Shown: positions 53,968 to 64,000 of the stretch, piece by piece
How the letters are laid out: each line of letters begins with the position of its first letter
Position numbering within the stretch: position 1 is the stretch's first letter
Assembly (NCBI GenBank): GCA_039589315.1
Contig: JBDHHQ010000042.1
Span: 1-64,000 of the forward strand
Origin: Gemmatimonadota bacterium
GTDB taxonomy: Bacteria > Gemmatimonadota > Gemmatimonadetes > Longimicrobiales > Gaopeijiaceae
Reading direction: 5' to 3'
DNA: 64,000 bases
Position numbers and translations under genes: made by a program
Notes under the pieces: model-generated
The model's input: the letters and a program-made list of their open reading frames with translations, nothing else
The model's database searches: none
Told to the model about the DNA's origin: nothing

Positions 53968-54037
53968 CGATTCCCGACAGCGTGTCGCAGATGGAGTTCC
54001 TTGCGTCTACGCAGCGGCTCGGTGGATCTTGGGCTCC

Positions 54038-56731
54038 ATGTCCGATCCCGTCACCCGCCTGAACGAGGCCCTCGAAGGCCGCTACCACATCGAGCGAGAG
54101 CTTGGTGAGGGCGGCATGGCCACGGTGTACCTGGCCAAGGACCTCAAACACAATCGCCACGTTGCCCTCAAGGTCCTGAAGCCCGAGCTCGCCGCGGTGG
54201 TCGGAGCCGAGCGCTTTCTCGCCGAGATCGAGACCACCGCCAATCTGCAGCACCCGCACATCCTGCCGCTCTACGATTCCGGCGAAGCGGACTCGTTTCT
54301 CTTCTACGTGATGCCCTTCGTGGAAGGCGAGTCGTTGCGGGAGCGTCTCGATCGCGAGAAGCAGCTTCCCGTGGACGAGGCCGTGCGGATCGTTTCAGCG
54401 GTCTCAGGCGCGTTGGACTATGCGCATCGGCACGGGGTGGTTCACCGAGACATCAAGCCGGCCAACGTCCTGCTTCAGGATGACCAGCCCGTCGTGGCCG
54501 ATTTCGGGATCGCGCTCGCCGTCGGCGCGGCGGGCGGGGCCCGTCTAACAGAAACCGGTCTCAGTGTAGGGACTCCATACTACATGAGTCCCGAGCAGGC
54601 GACGGGTGACCAGCACGTGGGTCCGGCGAGCGACATCTACGCGGCGGCAGCCGTTCTCTACGAGCTCCTGACGGGAGAGCCCCCCTACATGGGCACGACG
54701 GCCCAGGCCGTGCTCGGGAAGATCCTGCAGGGCGATCCCGTGTCCGCGACCGCGCTCCGCAGGTCGGTGCCGACGAACGTGGACGCTGCAATTCGCCGTG
54801 GCCTCGAGAAGTTGCCGGCCGACCGATTCGGCTCGGCGCAGCAATTCTCGAACGCTCTGGCGGATCCCGTGTTCCGACACGGAACGGCCGAGCAGGCGAG
54901 CGTTGGGGTAGGGGAGCGTCGCTGGCGGACCATCGCGTTGACGGCCAGCGCGTTGGCCGTACTTGGGTTCACCCTAGCCGGGCTGGGTCGAACCGGCGGA
55001 TCGACCGGCGCCGGTCCCGGCGAGAGTGACCGCATTCCCATCCCGGCGTTCGGAGACGACCTGCTGCGCCCCATTGCGCGGCATTCGGCGTTGGCGCCCG
55101 ACGGCTCCTCCATGGTCTTCGGCGAATCGGCGGACGGGGGCGGGACGTGGCAGCTTTGGCTCAAGCCACGCTCGTCAGAGGCGGCCCGCCCCCTTCCGGG
55201 CACCGAGCAGGCGCAGAATGTGATCTACTCGCCCGACTCGCAATGGATCGCGTTCGTGGCGGAGGGCGAGCTGAAGAAGCTCCGGTTGGTCGACGGATTT
55301 GTGGTCACGATGGCTTCGGACTTGGCCGGCGGGAACATGATCGCCGTCGCCTGGCTCGACGACGGCTCGATCGTCTATGAGTTGCCGACGAACGTGCTGA
55401 TGCGCATACCGGACACGGGCTCCGAGGCGCCCGACACGCTCGTCGACTACGGAGGGCAGGGGTTCGGGCAGCTCGCGTTCGCCGGGCCGCTGCCCGGATC
55501 CGGCGGGGTGTTGGTGACGATCTGCAGACAGGTGCAGGGGGGGTGCGGCAGCGACATGTCTCTGGCCGTGTACGACGTGGCGGCGGATTCCACACGCCAG
55601 CTCCTGAAGGACGTGGCCCGCGGCTGGTATCTCCAGCCGGGAAGGCTCCTCTACGTGAACCGAGCCGGCGCCGTTTTCATCGCGCCGTTCGATCTGGATG
55701 CACTTCGACTCACGGGTCCGGGGGTCCCGCTGTTCGATGACGTCGCGGTGGCGATTTCCGCGCCCGAGATGGCGGTCAGTGCAGCTGGGAACATGCTGTA
55801 CGCCCGGGCCAGTAGTGCCCGACGGGTTAGAATCCGACGGTTCGTGTGGGTAGAGCGAGACGGAGCAGTCACTCCCGTAGCGGCGCCGGCGGCGGCGTAC
55901 GGCGACGCGTCCCTCGCCCTGGACGGAACCCGCTTGGTCACCTCCATCTATGAGTCCGAGCAGCGCACCAACCTTTGGATTTGGAGGCTGCCCGACGGGC
56001 CCTCGGTCCGGCTGACCACCGGTGAGGAATGGGCCCGTCGACCCATCTGGCTCTCGGATTCGCGGATCGGCTACGTGGTCACGGGAACCGCGGGAGGTAT
56101 TCGAGCGTTACCCGCGGACGGAAGCTCGGGGGGCGCCTTCGACCAGGTAGCGCAGCCCCCGAGCGTCTTTGAATTCGCACCCGTGCCGAACAGCAACGTG
56201 GCGGTTATCCGGCGTGGCAGCCCGGACGCCGCCCGTTCGGATATCGGCACGGTCGATCTCGAGACGGGGGACATCGCGGATCTGGTGGCCTCCGAGTTCG
56301 ACGAATACGCCGTCAACGTGTCTCCCGACGGTCGCTGGATTGCCTACGTTTCGAACGCAACGGGCGCACAACAGGTCGTGGTTCGGCCCTTCCCCGGTGC
56401 AGACGCTCAGATCCCGGTCTCCGGTCAGGGGAGCCTGAGCCCGGTCTGGGCTCGGAACGGACGGGAGCTCTTCTACATCGACGGCGACGGCTGGCTCGTG
56501 TCCGCCGAATACGAGGGGGACCCCGCGTTCGAGATCACCAACCGGACCAGCCTGTTCGACACGGGGCGTTTCACGTGGGAGGACTTCGGCTGGCGCGTGT
56601 TCGACGTCTCGCCCGACGACCAGCGGTTCCTGTTCCGAGAGTTGGCCCAGGACGAGGACGACGAGCCGGGTGCGGAGTTCGTCCTATGGCTCAACTTCGT
56701 GGCTGAGGTGGAGGCGCTCGTCGGTGGATAG
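54038..56731 (+). CDS. Ser/Thr kinase - TM - TolB/PD40 propeller (paralog 6)
   Basis: MSDPVTRLN start, all kinase motifs, propeller repeats. Confidence 0.93.
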   Translation: MSDPVTRLNEALEGRYHIERELGEGGMATVYLAKDLKHNRHVALKVLKPELAAVVGAERFLAEIETTANLQHPHILPLYDSGEADSFLFYVMPFVEGESLRERLDREKQLPVDEAVRIVSAVSGALDYAHRHGVVHRDIKPANVLLQDDQPVVADFGIALAVGAAGGARLTETGLSVGTPYYMSPEQATGDQHVGPASDIYAAAAVLYELLTGEPPYMGTTAQAVLGKILQGDPVSATALRRSVPTNVDAAIRRGLEKLPADRFGSAQQFSNALADPVFRHGTAEQASVGVGERRWRTIALTASALAVLGFTLAGLGRTGGSTGAGPGESDRIPIPAFGDDLLRPIARHSALAPDGSSMVFGESADGGGTWQLWLKPRSSEAARPLPGTEQAQNVIYSPDSQWIAFVAEGELKKLRLVDGFVVTMASDLAGGNMIAVAWLDDGSIVYELPTNVLMRIPDTGSEAPDTLVDYGGQGFGQLAFAGPLPGSGGVLVTICRQVQGGCGSDMSLAVYDVAADSTRQLLKDVARGWYLQPGRLLYVNRAGAVFIAPFDLDALRLTGPGVPLFDDVAVAISAPEMAVSAAGNMLYARASSARRVRIRRFVWVERDGAVTPVAAPAAAYGDASLALDGTRLVTSIYESEQRTNLWIWRLPDGPSVRLTTGEEWARRPIWLSDSRIGYVVTGTAGGIRALPADGSSGGAFDQVAQPPSVFEFAPVPNSNVAVIRRGSPDAARSDIGTVDLETGDIADLVASEFDEYAVNVSPDGRWIAYVSNATGAQQVVVRPFPGADAQIPVSGQGSLSPVWARNGRELFYIDGDGWLVSAEYEGDPAFEITNRTSLFDTGRFTWEDFGWRVFDVSPDDQRFLFRELAQDEDDEPGAEFVLWLNFVAEVEALVGG

Positions 56732-56781
56732 TCAGCGTGGCCTGATGGCCGAGCTACACTCGTGCCGCCGGCGAGGCGAAC

Positions 56782-59424
56782 ATGTCTGATCCCGTCAGCC
56801 GCCTGAACACGGCCCTCGAAGGCCGCTACCGCATCGAACGCGAGCTCGGTGAGGGCGGGATGGCAACCGTCTACCTGGCCAAGGACCTCAAGCACAACCG
56901 GAATGTCGCCCTCAAGGTTCTGAAGCCCGAGTTGGCCGCAGTCGTGGGGGCGGAGCGCTTCTTGGCCGAGATCGAGACGACGGCCAACCTGCAGCACCCC
57001 CACATCCTTCCGCTGTTCGACTCGGGGAAGGCAGGTTCATTCCTCTTCTACGTCATGCCGTACATCGAAGGGGAGACCCTCAGGGACCGCATCGATCGGG
57101 AGAAACAGTTGCCGGTCGATGAAGCCCTCGGCATCGCGACGGCTGTGGCCACTGCTCTTCACGCCGCTCACTCGCGCGGTGTTGTCCATCGGGACATCAA
57201 GCCGGGGAATATCCTGCTGAGTCAGGGGCAGCCGCTGGTTGCCGACTTCGGCATCGCACTCGCCGTCAGTGCAGGTGGGGCTGGGCGCCTCACCGAGACC
57301 GGTCTCTCGCTGGGAACGCCATACTACATGTCTCCGGAGCAGGCGACGGGAGATCAGGCGGTCGGCCCTGCCAGCGACACCTTCGCGCTTGCGTGCGTGC
57401 TGTACGAGATGCTGGTCGGTGAGCCGCCCTATCCTGGCAACACTGCGCAGGCCGTGTTGGGCAAGATCATCCAAGGCGAACCCGTGTCCGCGACGACGAT
57501 CCGACGATCGGTTCCAGCCAACGTGGACGCGGCAATAAGAAAGGCACTCGAAAGGTTGCCCGCCGATCGGTTCACGGGCGCACAGGGTTTTGCCAAGGCG
57601 CTTGCCGACCCCTCGTTCCGGCACGGTGACCACACAGTATCCGGGATCCGCGGGAGCGGAAGTCCGTGGAACCGGATTTCGATCGGCATGACCATCGTGT
57701 CTGCGCTCCTCGCATTGTCCACTGCATGGGCGTTTTTGCGTCCCGGACCTCCCGAGGCCCCAAGGCACGTCGAGCGTTTCGAGGCTCCGTTCCGGGAGGG
57801 GCAGGGGCCCACGACTCCTGGACCGACTGGTTTCGACCTCTCCCCCGACGGGACCATGGTCGTGTACCGCATCGCCGGCGGACGCCTTATGGTGCGGCGG
57901 TGGGACGATCCAACGGCGACGCTCATTCGAGAGACCGGCGCATCACGCTCACCGGCGGTGTCCCATGACGGGCTCGAAGTCGCTTTCGGCAGCGTCGACG
58001 GGGACATCCAGGTGGCCGCCTTTGCCGGAGGACCCGTGCGAACACTGACGGCCGGCTTCGCTCCCGAGTGGGGACGCGACGGCTTCGTGTACGCCACCAC
58101 AGACTCCGGCGCTGTTCGCATCCCCTCAACCGGTGGAGCGGTGGAGTACGTGTCTCGGCTCTCCGAAGGGGAGAGAGCACACTACGTGTACGACCTGCTT
58201 CCGGGTGACCGTGGGGCGTTGCTGATGGTCGACACGGACCAATCCTGGGAGGTCCGGACGCTGGATCTCGAATCCGGAGAGATGTCGCGGATCGTCGACG
58301 GACAGTACCCGAGGTATGCCCTCTCGGGGCATTTGGTCTACAGCGCGTTGGACGGCACCGTCATGGCCGCGACCTTCGACCCCGACCAGATGGAGATGTC
58401 AGGGGCCCCGATCCCAGTTATGGACGGCGTCTCTGCTTGGTCGATAGCCGAAGACGGGAAGTTCTTCTATAGCCGCGGCGGACCCAGTAGCTCCGCATCG
58501 GGACCGGTGCAGCAGCTCGCGTGGGTGACCCGAGGCGGGCAGGCAAGCCCTGTGGACCCGGATTGGGTCTACAACCGCGGTCCTGACTCGGAGGTGGGCC
58601 TGAGCCTTTCGCCCGACGGCTCGATGGTCGTTCTCCGGGAGTTTTCCCAAGGGGGGTACGACATTTGGGTGAAGCGCCTCGACGCCGGCGCTCACTCGCG
58701 GCTGACGTTCGACGAGGCGGCTGAGAAGATGCCGGTATGGGAGCCGGGCGGTCGAAACATCACCTTCCTGTCCAATCGGAACGGGAACTTCGATGTCTGG
58801 TCCAAGGCCGCGGACGGGACCGGAGAGCCCGAGTTGCTCCTGGACATCGAGGAAGACCTTCTCAGCGCACGGTGGAGTCCAGATGGGGAATGGTTGATCC
58901 TTTGGACCGCGGATGAGGACATCCTCGGCTACCGCCCCGGCGAAGACGCCGAACCGATTCCCCTGCTTGTCGGGGAGTATGACGCTCAGGATGCGGCAAT
59001 CTCACCCGACGGTCGTTGGGTCGCATACGCGTCAGACGAAACCGGTGTGAACCACGTCTACGTTCGACCATTCCCCGACGTGGACGCCGGACGGTGGCAG
59101 GTCTCGAGCAGTCCGGCGCGCTATCCCCGCTGGGCGCACGGTGGCAGCGAGCTCTACTTCCAGGACAACGGCGCGGCTCCGTCCATGTGGATGGTCGAGT
59201 ACGAAGCCACGGAAGGCTTCCGGTTCGAGACACCCATCAAGATGTTCGATTCCCCTGGCTGGGTCGGATCGGCTCAATTCGGAGAAGCCTTTGAAGTCGC
59301 GCCGGAGGACGATCGCTTTCTGATTCCCACATTGGCTCAGGGAGATGGCGATGGCAGTCAGGGGCCTCCGTTCATCCTGATAAACAACTTCTTCGAGGAG
59401 TTGAAGCGGCTGGTGCCGAACTGA
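56782..59424 (+). CDS. Ser/Thr kinase - TM - TolB/PD40 propeller (paralog 7)
   Basis: All kinase motifs; ends NNFFEELKRLVPN. Confidence 0.93.
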   Translation: MSDPVSRLNTALEGRYRIERELGEGGMATVYLAKDLKHNRNVALKVLKPELAAVVGAERFLAEIETTANLQHPHILPLFDSGKAGSFLFYVMPYIEGETLRDRIDREKQLPVDEALGIATAVATALHAAHSRGVVHRDIKPGNILLSQGQPLVADFGIALAVSAGGAGRLTETGLSLGTPYYMSPEQATGDQAVGPASDTFALACVLYEMLVGEPPYPGNTAQAVLGKIIQGEPVSATTIRRSVPANVDAAIRKALERLPADRFTGAQGFAKALADPSFRHGDHTVSGIRGSGSPWNRISIGMTIVSALLALSTAWAFLRPGPPEAPRHVERFEAPFREGQGPTTPGPTGFDLSPDGTMVVYRIAGGRLMVRRWDDPTATLIRETGASRSPAVSHDGLEVAFGSVDGDIQVAAFAGGPVRTLTAGFAPEWGRDGFVYATTDSGAVRIPSTGGAVEYVSRLSEGERAHYVYDLLPGDRGALLMVDTDQSWEVRTLDLESGEMSRIVDGQYPRYALSGHLVYSALDGTVMAATFDPDQMEMSGAPIPVMDGVSAWSIAEDGKFFYSRGGPSSSASGPVQQLAWVTRGGQASPVDPDWVYNRGPDSEVGLSLSPDGSMVVLREFSQGGYDIWVKRLDAGAHSRLTFDEAAEKMPVWEPGGRNITFLSNRNGNFDVWSKAADGTGEPELLLDIEEDLLSARWSPDGEWLILWTADEDILGYRPGEDAEPIPLLVGEYDAQDAAISPDGRWVAYASDETGVNHVYVRPFPDVDAGRWQVSSSPARYPRWAHGGSELYFQDNGAAPSMWMVEYEATEGFRFETPIKMFDSPGWVGSAQFGEAFEVAPEDDRFLIPTLAQGDGDGSQGPPFILINNFFEELKRLVPN

Positions 59425-59779
59425 CCCACTGAATCCCTGACAATGCGTGAATCCCATTCAGTATTCGGGGTGTTTCGGGGAATTTTGTTGCGTTGTCTTG
59501 AGGTCGGCTAGAGTGCTTTGGGACAAGCACTTAGAACCCTCTCTCTTCGCTTCTGTTCTTCTGCGTTTCCCCCAGTGCGGCCTGGTTGGCACACCAATCG
59601 GCACACTAGCTGGCACACCGGATCGCCTTGGGGCCATGCGCTCTTCCAGCGACCCCGATATGAAGCGGCACACTTCTGCGAAAGTCTGAACACCTAGCCA
59701 ATCGCCGCGAACGAAGGTCGTGCGATTGACGAGCCGGTGTCCTATCGTGAGAGCGATTTGCTTCTCTCGCCGAGGCACT
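59422..59779 (+). repeat. att-like element, full copy with four GGCACAC sites
   Basis: Core variant TGAATCCCATTCA 59448-59460; YGGCACAC at 59587, 59599, 59611 and 59666. Confidence 0.9.
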
Positions 59780-62436
59780 ATGTCCGATCCCGTCACCCGC
59801 CTGAACGCCGCCCTCGAAGGCCGCTACCGCATAGAGCACGAGCTCGGCGAGGGCGGAATGGCCATGGTCTACCTCGCCGATGACCTGCGCCACGAGAGGA
59901 AGGTAGCGCTCAAGGTACTCAAGCCTGAGCTAGCTGCAATCGTCGGGGCTGAGCGCTTCCTGGCCGAGATCAAGACGACTGCGAACCTCCAACATCCACA
60001 CATTCTCCCGCTTCACGATTCAGGCGAAGCGGACGGACTCCTGTTCTACATCATGCCCTTTGTGGAGGGCGAGACGCTGCGAGAGCGGATCGACCGCGAA
60101 AAACAACTTCCCGTCGAGGAGGCGGTCGGCATCGCCCGTGCGGTGGCTGGGGCGCTCCAGTCAGCGCACGAGCAAGGCGTTGTGCACAGAGACATCAAGC
60201 CGGCCAATGTGATCTTCATGCGTGGCCAGCCCCTGGTGGCGGACTTTGGGATCGCACTGGCGGTACAGGGGCCGGCGGCGGACGGCTCACTGAGACGGGA
60301 TTGAGCCTCGGCACCCCCTACTACATGAGTCCGGAGCAAGCCTCGGCCGACCGAGACCCGGACGCGCGATCTGACGTCTATAGCCTTGCTTCGGTGCTCT
60401 TCGAGATGCTGACCGGTGAGCCTCCTTTCTCCGGTGCGACGGCGCAGGCGGTCCTGAGCAAGATCCTCACGGCAGATCCGACCCGGCCCACGGAGCTCCG
60501 GAGGTCGATTCCGCCGCACGTGGAGGCAGCGCTCCTGAAGGGGCTGGAGCGTCTTCCGGCCGACCGTTTCGCGTCGGCGGCAGAGTTCGGAGCTGCGGTC
60601 GGTAATCCGGACTTCAGGCACGTTACGGGTGCGTACGGGGAGGTGGGCACCCGGGCAGCGGGGGTGCGCGGTGCGGACCGGCGCGTGCGCGTACTCTCGG
60701 CGCTGGCCGTCGTATTTGCCATGGCGTTCGTCGCCGCGTCTGTGTGGGCGCTGTCCCTCCGGCAGGGGAGTGGCCCGGTAGCGGCGGGGGCGGCAGTCGA
60801 GTTCGTCGTCCAACCTGACTCGACACATCAGATCGTCTCGGGGGTTCCGGCCTCCGTGGCCCTGAATCGGGAGGGAACCGCGGTCGCGTACGTCGGTCGC
60901 CGAACGGACGGCTCCCAGCAAGTCTATATACGTCGCTTCGAGCAGCGCAGCTCGATTCCGGTTCCGGCGTCCGAAGGCGCGGCCTCCGTGGTCTTCTCGC
61001 CGGACGGTGAGTGGGTAGCGTTCTCCACCGTCGACGACGGGGAGCTCCGCAAGGTCCGGACGGACGGTAGCGCTCTGACGACGGTCGCGCCGCTCTCGGG
61101 CGTCTCGTTGGGCGCCGCCTGGGGGGAAGATGACCACATCGTCTACGGCGTCGCGGGCCCGCCGGGCCTTATGCGCGTCTCGGCAGCCGGTGGCGACGCG
61201 GAGGAGATTCTCGCTCAGGAGGGCCCGGTCACCGGGGCCGCCGATCCGGTCCACCTTCCCGGATCCAACGATATTCTGTTCACCGTGATTGGAACCGGGC
61301 CCGAGATTGCCATCCTCGATTCCCAGACCCGGGGACTCACCAGGCTCAAAAGGGGCATGTCCCCCCGGTACGTCGAATCGGCCGCTGTCATGCTCTACGC
61401 CGAGCCCGGCGCGACCGATCAGAACGAGGGGGTGAACGCCGAAGGCTTCGATCTCGCTACTGCAAGTTTCACCGGGGAGCCGAGACGGATCATCGGAGCA
61501 ATCGACGGTTGGCTGACGCTGGCGGCGCTTTTCTCGACCTCCGACGCGGGCGCGATTGCATACCTGAGCGGTTCCCGGGGTGAGGGTGAGTTGCTACTGC
61601 TGGCGCGGGACCTGCGGCAGACGTCGTTCGAGGAGACGACCGGCGCGTCCACTCCAAGGGTTGCCCCCGACGGCGACCGGGTTGTTTACGCAACCCACCG
61701 GGGCGGGCAATCCGCGCTTCACGTCTTTTCGGTGTCCGAGCGAACCACTCGTAGCATCGTTGCGGGTGCGAGCTTCGCCAAGGACCGTATTGAAGCACCG
61801 TCGTGGTCTCCCAGTGGTGACAGCGTCGTCTTCGAGGCTCGCGACGAGGGGGATGGATCCGAGCTGTTCATCGTGTCGGTACGGGGCGGCGCGGTGCGTA
61901 GGCTCGACGCCGAGGGCCCGAACCTGCAGAGGCCCGCGTACACCTGGGACGGGGAGCACGTGGTGTTCACGGTGACCGCCGGAGTCTTCGACGTGCTCGC
62001 CGTGCCTGTGGTGGGCGGTGAGGCGATACCTGTCGCGACTGCTGAAGCCTGGGAGAGTCAGCCGGCGCCTTCACCAGTCGGGCCGTGGATCGCCTACACC
62101 TCCGACGCGACCGGCCGGAGTGAGGTGTACCTCACGCGCTTCCCGCCGGACGGCCGAACCGTATCGGTGTCGAACGAGGGCGGACTGTCGGCCGCCTGGT
62201 CGGCGACGGGCGACACGATCTTCTACTCGAACGGGCTAGAGCTGATCGCGGCGGCGCTCGACCTCGGGGACGAGCCGCGTGTCCTGTCCCGTTCGACGCT
62301 CATGCCGTGGGCCTTCGCGGAAGACCGTATCGCGGGCAGAAGCTACGATGTCCACGCGAACGGTTTCGTGGCTGTTGGAACCCGCGCGGTCGGGGCAGAG
62401 CTGATCGTTCGGACGAGGTTGCCGCTGGAGCGATGA
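59780..62436 (+). pseudogene. Ser/Thr kinase - TM - TolB propeller (paralog 8) with frameshift at G-run 60268-60271
   Basis: Adding one G restores DFGIALAVQGAGGGRLTETGLSLGTP. Confidence 0.85.
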
Positions 62437-62535
62437 GTCGTGCGCCCCACTGCTGCTGACATTGCCGCTTCGCCGAGTCGCTACTCGAAGCTGGTGTACG
62501 GCTCCGTCGATTCGATGTGCTCGACTCCTCGGAAC

Positions 62536-62892
62536 TGACCCACTGAATCCCCGGCAACGCGTGAACCCCATTCAGTATTCGGGGTGTTTCGGGGAGTTCG
62601 GGTGCGTTGTCTTGAGGTCGGCTAGGGTGTTTTAGGACAAGCACTTACAGCCCTCGCTCTTCGCTTCTGTTCTTCTGCGTTCCTGCCTGTGTGGCCCAGT
62701 TGGCACACCAGTCGGCACACTAATCCGCATGCCGAATCGCCCTGCGGCCATGCGCTTTCAGGGTTCCCAATATGAATCGGCACACTTCCGAAGGAGCTGC
62801 GACGGCTGCCGCGGTCCATTGTAACGCGAACCGTGCATTCAGGACGGTGCCGCCCTATCGTGAAAGCGGTTTGGCTTTCAACCGAGGTACCG
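62536..62892 (+). repeat. att-like element, full copy
   Basis: Left arm, core 62562-62574, ACAAGCACTTA, YGGCACAC at 62701, 62713, 62778, GTGCAT(62833)-N17-TATCGT(62856). Confidence 0.9.
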
Positions 62893-63015
62893 ATGTCCGA
62901 TCCCGTCACCCGCCTGAACACGGCCCTCGAAGGCCGCTACCGCATCGAGCGGGAGCTCGGTGAGGGCGAGATCCAGGACTTCTTCGACGAGCTGAAGCGG
63001 CTGGTGCCGAACTGA
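62893..63015 (+). pseudogene. 40-aa hollow kinase gene (N-terminus fused in frame to C-terminus)
   Basis: MSDPVTRLNTALEGRYRIERELGEG-EIQDFFDELKRLVPN*. Confidence 0.85.
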
Positions 63016-63018
63016 CCG

Positions 63019-63579
63019 CTAGTCTTCGAGGGCATTCGTCAGGTAAGCCCGCGCCATCCGCCAGTCCCGGTTCACACTGGCCAGGGACACACCCAGCACT
63101 TCGGCGATCTCTTCCTGTTTGAGGCCGCCGTAGAACCTGAGCTCGACCACCCTCTCTTGTCGCTCGTCGAGCTGTGCGAGCCTGGTCATGGCCTCTTCAA
63201 TCGTGAGGAGCGCGTCCAGGCCCGATTCCACGGTGGCGCTTTCCTCGCCGAGCGTGACGACGGGCACTCCTCCGCCTCGCTTCTGAGCGTTTCGCGCTGT
63301 CGCATAGTCGATCAGGATCCGGCGCATCGCCCGGGCCGCGATGGCGAAGAACTGTGCCCGATTCTTCCAATTCACCCGGTCCTGATTGACCAGCCTGAGG
63401 TAGGCTTCGTGCACCAGTGCAGTTGCGCTGAGCGTGTGACCGGCCCGCTCCGCTCGCAAGCGCGCGCCAGCCACGGCCCTCAGCTCGTCGTAGACCCTTG
63501 GAAAGAGCAGATCGACCGCCCTGTCGCGATCGTGATCCAGGTCGAGGAGAAGCTCGGTGATGTCTCCTGGATCGGTCAT
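63019..63579 (-). CDS. ECF sigma factor, TIGR02999-like (kinase-associated type)
   Basis: VYDELR..A, GHTLSATALVHEAYLRL, FFAIAARAMRRILID, VELRFYGGL, VNRDWRMARA. Confidence 0.93.
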   Translation of the reverse strand: MTDPGDITELLLDLDHDRDRAVDLLFPRVYDELRAVAGARLRAERAGHTLSATALVHEAYLRLVNQDRVNWKNRAQFFAIAARAMRRILIDYATARNAQKRGGGVPVVTLGEESATVESGLDALLTIEEAMTRLAQLDERQERVVELRFYGGLKQEEIAEVLGVSLASVNRDWRMARAYLTNALED

Positions 63580-63674
63580 CCTACCTCGTGATACGATTCG
63601 GTCGTGTTCTCCGCGTCTCCAGATGAACCGAACGAAACGGTCCGCACGGCGGGCCCAACAACGCGGAGAGAACG

Positions 63675-64000
63675 ATGGCTGCTCTGAAGACTTCGGCCCG
63701 CAAAGTAGGCGCTCTGACGATCCTCGGCACCTTGATGGCGTGCTCCGATCCGGCCGCTCCCGAGATGGTGACCCCGCCCCCCGATCCCGATCCCGAGTTC
63801 ACGAAGGTGTACGACCTCGACGTGGAGATCCGGTACATCGAGGTCCGGGGATCCTGCGACGAAGACGTCCTCGGCAACTCCACCCCCGGCGAGTTCCAGT
63901 ACAAGATCGTCGTGAGCGGTCACGGACAGACCCGCACGCACGAGAGCGACGGCTACAACACGGTGCTGGGGCAGGCCTTCCAGCGAAACAAGGGAACGAA
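63675..64000 (+). CDS. Lipoprotein, runs off right edge
   Basis: Manual translation MAALKTSARKVGALTILGTLMAC-SDPAAPE...; lipobox; GGAGAG SD; no stop before the edge. Confidence 0.7.
   Translation, partial: MAALKTSARKVGALTILGTLMACSDPAAPEMVTPPPDPDPEFTKVYDLDVEIRYIEVRGSCDEDVLGNSTPGEFQYKIVVSGHGQTRTHESDGYNTVLGQAFQRNKGT

Noticed and set aside
48276..62436. Diversity-generating retroelement acting on the propellers
   Set aside because: No reverse transcriptase and no template/variable repeat pair with adenine-specific differences seen
62455..62546. Possible gene-end remnant (FAESLLEAGVRLRRFDVLDSSELTH*) before the last element
   Set aside because: About 25 codons with no start; cannot be assigned without a search
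62536..62892. Element as an IS/MITE or classical integron attC
   Set aside because: No terminal inverted repeats, target duplications or transposase; no RYYYAAC...GTTRRRY bounded palindrome seen

Overview
GC-rich bacterial DNA, most likely Gemmatimonadota (Longimicrobiales-like; inferred from gene content, not tested). The left third holds secreted and metabolic genes: a probable UGA-selenocysteine AhpC/TSA-DsbD(N) redoxin, a PQQ sugar dehydrogenase, a MocR regulator, an NtrC two-component pair and a class III cyclase-TPR protein. From about 20 kb onward the window is dominated by eight paralogous Ser/Thr kinase-TM-TolB-propeller receptor genes (two interrupted), one kinase-FGE-hydrolase fusion, kinase remnants, and an ECF sigma factor of the phosphorylation-activated type. 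These are punctuated by 13 full or partial copies of a ~360-bp non-coding element, all in one orientation. Its core (TGAACCCCATTCA) is the reverse complement of the tRNA-Pro(GGG) anticodon arm; one copy carries the whole tRNA 3' half. The core is followed by an IHF-like site, 12-bp-periodic GGCACAC direct repeats and a promoter-like motif leading into the next gene. This resembles a tyrosine-integrase att site reused as the joint of a cassette array of sensor kinases. No integrase or intact tRNA is present in the window, so the mechanism is inference.
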